This document shows positions 57,843 through 64,000 of a stretch of 64,000 nt of DNA, in pieces; the first letter of the stretch is position 1; every line of letters starts with the position of its first letter. The translations under genes and the position numbers were made by a program. Source of the stretch: the human T2T-CHM13v2.0 reference genome, Homo sapiens; assembly GCF_009914755.1 (NCBI RefSeq), contig NC_060939.1; one strand, written 5' to 3'. Under the pieces are notes generated by a model that made no database searches, was not told the DNA's origin, and saw nothing but the letters and a program-made list of their open reading frames with translations.

Positions 57843-58545
57843 TCAAAGCATGGACCCTTGACCACTAAGTATATTGCCCACAAAATAGGTCATTATAATT
57901 TATTGACCCTCTACTATGAACCAGGCACTTGGCTTGACACCTTACACACAAATCTCTAATATTCATGGCATACCTCTTTTCCTAGAGGTATTAATTTCAG
58001 TCCAGAGATTCTGATGTGCAATAAATTTCTCTATTCTCTGTAACCCATCTAAATTCCTGACTCTTAACCCCTATTTTCAGGCCTTCTGGATTTCTTCTCC
58101 CCACCCCACCCCCAACCCCAGTAGTTATGCCATAGTTCTGGACAAATACAATAGCCAGGCATGGGGTCAGGGGAGTGTGACCTAGTCCTCTGTCATCAGT
58201 ACACATTGGTGGCCACTGAGGGGCCCATCCTCCCATCAACATGACCTGCTGGCCCCAGAGACTCACTGCTCTCCCACCCTACATCAAGCCAGGTATATCT
58301 TTTGCCCATGTGCCAACACAGCCATTTCCTCCCTGGGTTCTTCTCTTCCAGCAGGATTTCTGGGAAGCAAGGTACTGTCCCCTCTGCTCTCAGACCCATA
58401 GACAAACCTCCCCCTTCCACACCACCTGCAAAGCCCAAGAGAATGTCTTTCTAGTGATGGCAAGGTGAGGGGTTCCTTCTCCCTTCACATCCCCTCAAGA
58501 AATGTTAGTCTTTTGCTTTTCTTTGTTGGCTAGAATTCACCTGCC

Positions 58546-58666
58546 CACACTTTGGGAGGCCAAGGCAGGAGGATCACTTGAGCCCAGGAGTTTATGGCCA
58601 GCCTGGGCAACATAGGAAGACCCTGTCTCTAAAATAAATAAAATAAAATAATATAAAATAAAATAA
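58546..58666 (+). mobile_element. FLAM/Alu monomer with (TAAAA)n tail
   Basis: ggaggatcacttgagcccaggag; TSD AATTCAC(C/T)TGCCC. Confidence 0.85.
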
Positions 58667-59566
58667 AATTCACTTGCCCTAAGGTCCTATATTTTTGGAA
58701 GACAAAAGATTTGTAGCCTTCTCTCTACTTTGCCCCTCTTAAGTGGAAGGGAGACAGTTTGGGAGAAAAATAAGTTGATATCTCAAAATATTATCTCAGA
58801 TACATGTTGTCCCCATTTTATAGGTGAGGAGATTGAACTCATTAAGGTTATATAATATTATATACAGCAAGTAGATAGGCCTAGGACCCCCCCAGTTCAG
58901 GAAATCTCATACTCTGTGAAGTCCTCCCCTCTTCCCTCCCAGTAGCCTCCCTGGTCAGCTTCAAGAAAACACAACAGAGCTTGTGCATTAAAACCACCAC
59001 TGGAAGGTCAGACCCGGTGATGGGGCAGGCTGGAAGAGCTTAGGTAGAGGTGAAAGCAGACAACACCCTGAAAGGGGACAGGTACCCACTCCTCCTTGTC
59101 ATTTTCCAGGAGAGCCTTATAGAATTTGAGTTGGCATGAGATGATGTTAGAGGAATTTGGGGTGGTGCAAGTAAAGGAACTACAAGAGCTAGAAACAATC
59201 TTGAAGGCTTCTTCCCATGTTGAAAGTGTTCTTACCACGTAGAAAGTGGTAAGAAAGTGTACTCTGCAGAAATTTGGGGGGCGGGTGGGGGCACACGGTT
59301 GGTATTTCAGAGGCACTTGGATTCACTGGTGTCTTTTGATGAGTTTGTGTCCCGAATAAAATGGGGAGTGGCGGTGGTTACTGACAGTACCCAGAGGAGA
59401 GGAGATGAGGGTGGGCACAGGGGAGAGGAGCCCGAGATGGGTAGCCAGCTGGTCTTACGTGCCAGCTTTATAGGAAAAAAAGTGGAACTTTCAGATTCTG
59501 CTTAACTGTGCAGGAGCCAGCCAAGTATCCAAGGCAGAAGTCCTTGCTCAGAAATTGTATATCTGA

Positions 59567-59944
<378 letters not shown>

Positions 59945-60039
59945 TTAGACTGGGTCAAGATCGTCCAAGTCTGGTGGTGGCTTCAGAAGGCCCTTTGAAT
60001 GAGGCTCGTCCAGGCAATAATTACCATGTTATCTAATTT

Positions 60040-61222
<1,183 letters not shown>

Positions 61223-61720
61223 GAAGAAAGTTAAAGTAAAACTAGAGGTCCAAAAATATCACAAAAGCCATCTATGGTCGCCTTTTCCCTACCTGATTTT
61301 GCTGAGTGGCCTTACTTTTCAGTCCTCTACACAGCTGGAACATTAATGAACACAGAGGGGGAAGAAGTGTGTTTACTCTAGGATCACCTCTCAATGGGTC
61401 ACTTGGCAAGGGCATCTTTGCTTCTTCGTCAGCTCCTTTTGACACGGGGGTGAAGGGTTTTCTGCACCACACTTTGACCACAAGCATCACCAATTTCACT
61501 GAACCCAACAGAAATTTGGACCCTCTGGGGGCTCTCTGCGTGGCAGGGCCCTTTTCTTTTTCTTTGGGCTTAGGCTGCAATTTGAAACACCACTTTCCTG
61601 AGCCAGCATCCCCCTTGCAGCGCTGTCACAGGGAGGCTTAGGCAGCCACGTGGAAGCCACCTACCCCGACCTTTGGCAGAATTTCCAAACACAACACAGT
61701 AGCTTTAAGTTGATTAATTT

Positions 61721-61740
61721 GGAACTCTGACCTTGGCCCC
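61721..61740 (-). promoter_or_regulatory. Overlapping DR1 nuclear-receptor sites (HNF4A/COUP-TF type)
   Basis: Minus strand GGGGCC-A-AGGTCA-G-AGTTCC. Confidence 0.7.
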
Positions 61741-61892
61741 AAAAGGTAAGAATACATAACAAGGTATTTTATTCTCAAAATGTGTCAGGATAAGAAGCAC
61801 TTCTGTAAATCGACCTTTTTAAAATAGATATAATTAGATTTGCAGTTGGGGGCAGTAAAGAAAGGGTCTGAACAGTGGATAACATGTTGAGA

Positions 61893-61906
61893 GGTTAATT
61901 ATTAAT
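61893..61906 (+). promoter_or_regulatory. HNF1 site
   Basis: GGTTAATTATTAAT, 13/14 match to GGTTAATNATTAAC. Confidence 0.85.
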
Positions 61907-62001
61907 GGGCAGTCTTCCCTAACAAAGTATCTAATAGGCATTGTGGTCTCTTTGGCTTCAGAAATTACCAAGAAAGCCTGGACCCCGGGTGAAACGGAGA
62001 A

Positions 62002-62089
62002 ATGGACACAAGTCCCCTGTGTTTCTCCATTCTGTTGGTTTTATGCATCTTTATCCAATCAAGTGCCCTTGGACAAAGCCTGAAACCAG
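62002..62089 (+). CDS. LIPC: Hepatic triacylglycerol lipase, coding exon 1 (signal peptide); CDS continues beyond the window
   Basis: Translates MDTSPLCFSILLVLCIFIQSSALGQSLKP plus G (phase 1), the recognised hepatic lipase N-terminus; donor CAG|GTAAGA. Confidence 0.98.
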
Positions 62090-63975
62090 GTAAGAGCCTG
62101 ACTTTTCTCCAGAGATGGGCATGAACTTTTCTTTTTAAAACGTGTGTCACAAAGAATCCAGGGGTTTCTGACTGTATGGGACAGAGCTTGCTTCAGAGCG
62201 TGCCAGGTGGTTCTATACACGACCTCACAGGTTCACAGGGACACGTAGCCGTTTGTAAACAGAAATGAAATTTTAGAAAATCATCCTCGGATTGAAAGTC
62301 TTCTAAGAGTGCCTGCAGCTAGCAGTGAAGTCTCTTGCGTATCTGATATGGAAACAGTCATGCTAAAAGTTATTCAGCGGCAAATGATATGAAAGCGATT
62401 CAGATCTTCCTGAGAGTTAATGTGGCATCTAATTTGCAACCGGGGAGCCAGGCTTGCAATGAAATGCTCTGTCGGGTTGGGGTTGTCTAATTGCCTGCCT
62501 CTCTCAGAAGAGAGGGGAATTTATGAGAGTTCTATTTCCAGTCAGGTCTAAAGTAGAGATATCATTGCACAATTTCTAGACTTTGTTTTGCTGCCAAAAT
62601 TTTAGTCTGAGGCTGAAGAATCCAACAGCCGTCCTGCCTGTTTTGTTTGTAAATTCACAAACTAGATTGATGGCGAAAGACAGATCAAATGCCTTATCAG
62701 GAAGGTAGTAGAGTGGAGCCCAGCTTCCAGGCTAAGCAGTGGACCAATAAATGACGGATCAGTTAATTGAACAATTTGGCCAGACTAGACAGGTGTTTGG
62801 GAATTTGTTTTGGTACTGGTTACTGGTCAGGAGCTAGTAACGCTAAGGTAGAGTCTGAGATTTTTCTTTTCTCTAAGACTAGCCTTGGAGAGAGCTCCGA
62901 CAACTTTGAGAATTAGAAATTCCCTAACGGGATGTACCTAAAAATTTCAGAAGCTTTTTTCCCCTTTAAGAAAAAGGCTGTTCCTTTGTATTTGACTATT
63001 TTACTTCATAGGCCAGTTAATAACTGAGTAGCAGTATTAATTATTGCCATTCACTAAGTATTTTCTGTGCCAAGCACTATACTAATTATTTTTGACACAT
63101 CATCTCATTTATAAAGCCACATCCAAAAATGACCCTTACATAATAATTTAGAGCCATACAGGTAAAATTGCTGGTAATCTTTATTCCCTTGGTTCATAGT
63201 GATTTTGCTAAAGGGCCTTTCCTGCCCTTTGCCCCGGAATGTTGTATTTGTTTGTTTACTTTTTAATGAAGTTTATAACACACTTCTAGAAAAGGGCCTC
63301 TATCATAAATCCTCAATGAGTTCTCACAAACTGAACCAGTACCCCAAAGCCTTCCTTGTGTGCCCCTTGAGCCTTAACATATATGATTTTTTCCTTTGGG
63401 GAGATTTTTCATTAATAGAAACACATCAGTTGCTCTTTTGCGTCTGGCTTCTTTCGTTCGACATTATGTTTGTGAAAGTCAACCATGCAGTTTCGTGGAG
63501 TTGAGGCTCATTCATTCTCACTGCTGTAGCATTCCACTGCGGGACCATGCCACACTTCCTTTATCCATTCTACTGTGGATTGGCCAGGACTGTTTTTGCA
63601 ATGGAGCCATGGGAATTGGAAGCTGTCAGTGCTGAGATAGAGGTTGAAGGGAGGGATGGCCTCCCCCAGGCTTCTGGGTATTGTCCAGATTTTCCTTGAG
63701 CAATCTCATTGTCCTGATCAGCCTGCTTCTTTCCCCGGGGCCTAGTTTGTGCAAATGCTGAGAGAAGTGGCCACTATTAGCAAGAGGGTTCCTCAGAAAA
63801 GAGGATCCAAGTCAGGAGGCCTCTTGTTCTCTTGGAAGCAGAATCTCTTGGCAGAATTCTTTCTGCAATGAGTGAGCCCAATCTGTGTGCATGTGGCTGG
63901 TATGATGTCTTTCTGGGGAAACCGCAGGGAAGCCGGTGTCCTGTGGTGGAGCCCTTGTCAGGAAAGTTTCTACAC

Positions 63976-64000
63976 CAATGGTTCTCAACAGGGGCAATTT
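63976..64000 (+). mobile_element. Start of MER20, cut by the window edge
   Basis: caatggttctcaacaggggcaattt. Confidence 0.55.

Noticed and set aside
61965-62150. Minus-strand 61-aa ORF over LIPC exon 1
   Set aside because: Antisense shadow; the real CDS is the 88-nt plus-strand exon that the ORF track misses

Overview
Human (or very closely related hominid) genomic DNA from chr15q21.3. It covers about 62 kb upstream of the hepatic lipase gene LIPC, the LIPC proximal promoter, coding exon 1 (ATG at 62002, MDTSPLCFSILLVLCIFIQSSALGQSLKP, donor GT at 62090) and the start of intron 1. This exon is the only protein-coding sequence I can support; the supplied ORFs are Alu, LTR, microsatellite or chance ORFs. 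The promoter carries the common alleles at the four classic variant sites (-763A, -710T, -514C, -250G), plus HNF1 and DR1/HNF4 sites. A 3' splice site overlaps the TSS, implying upstream-initiated transcripts; a candidate upstream exon with a forkhead palindrome lies near 40.5-40.65 kb. The rest is repeat-rich: a deleted MER4-type provirus, many solo LTRs, 19 Alus or Alu fragments, L1, L2, MIR, CR1, DNA transposons and several nested insertions with intact TSDs. I see no convincing new gene system. The least-explained structures are two ancient local inverted duplications (21164-21255/22077-22168 and 31699-31823/32327-32449). The first looks like a templated insertion into a MIR and lies in the known upstream HDL-association region. 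Repeat subfamily names and literature positions are from memory and need RepeatMasker, dbSNP or GENCODE confirmation.
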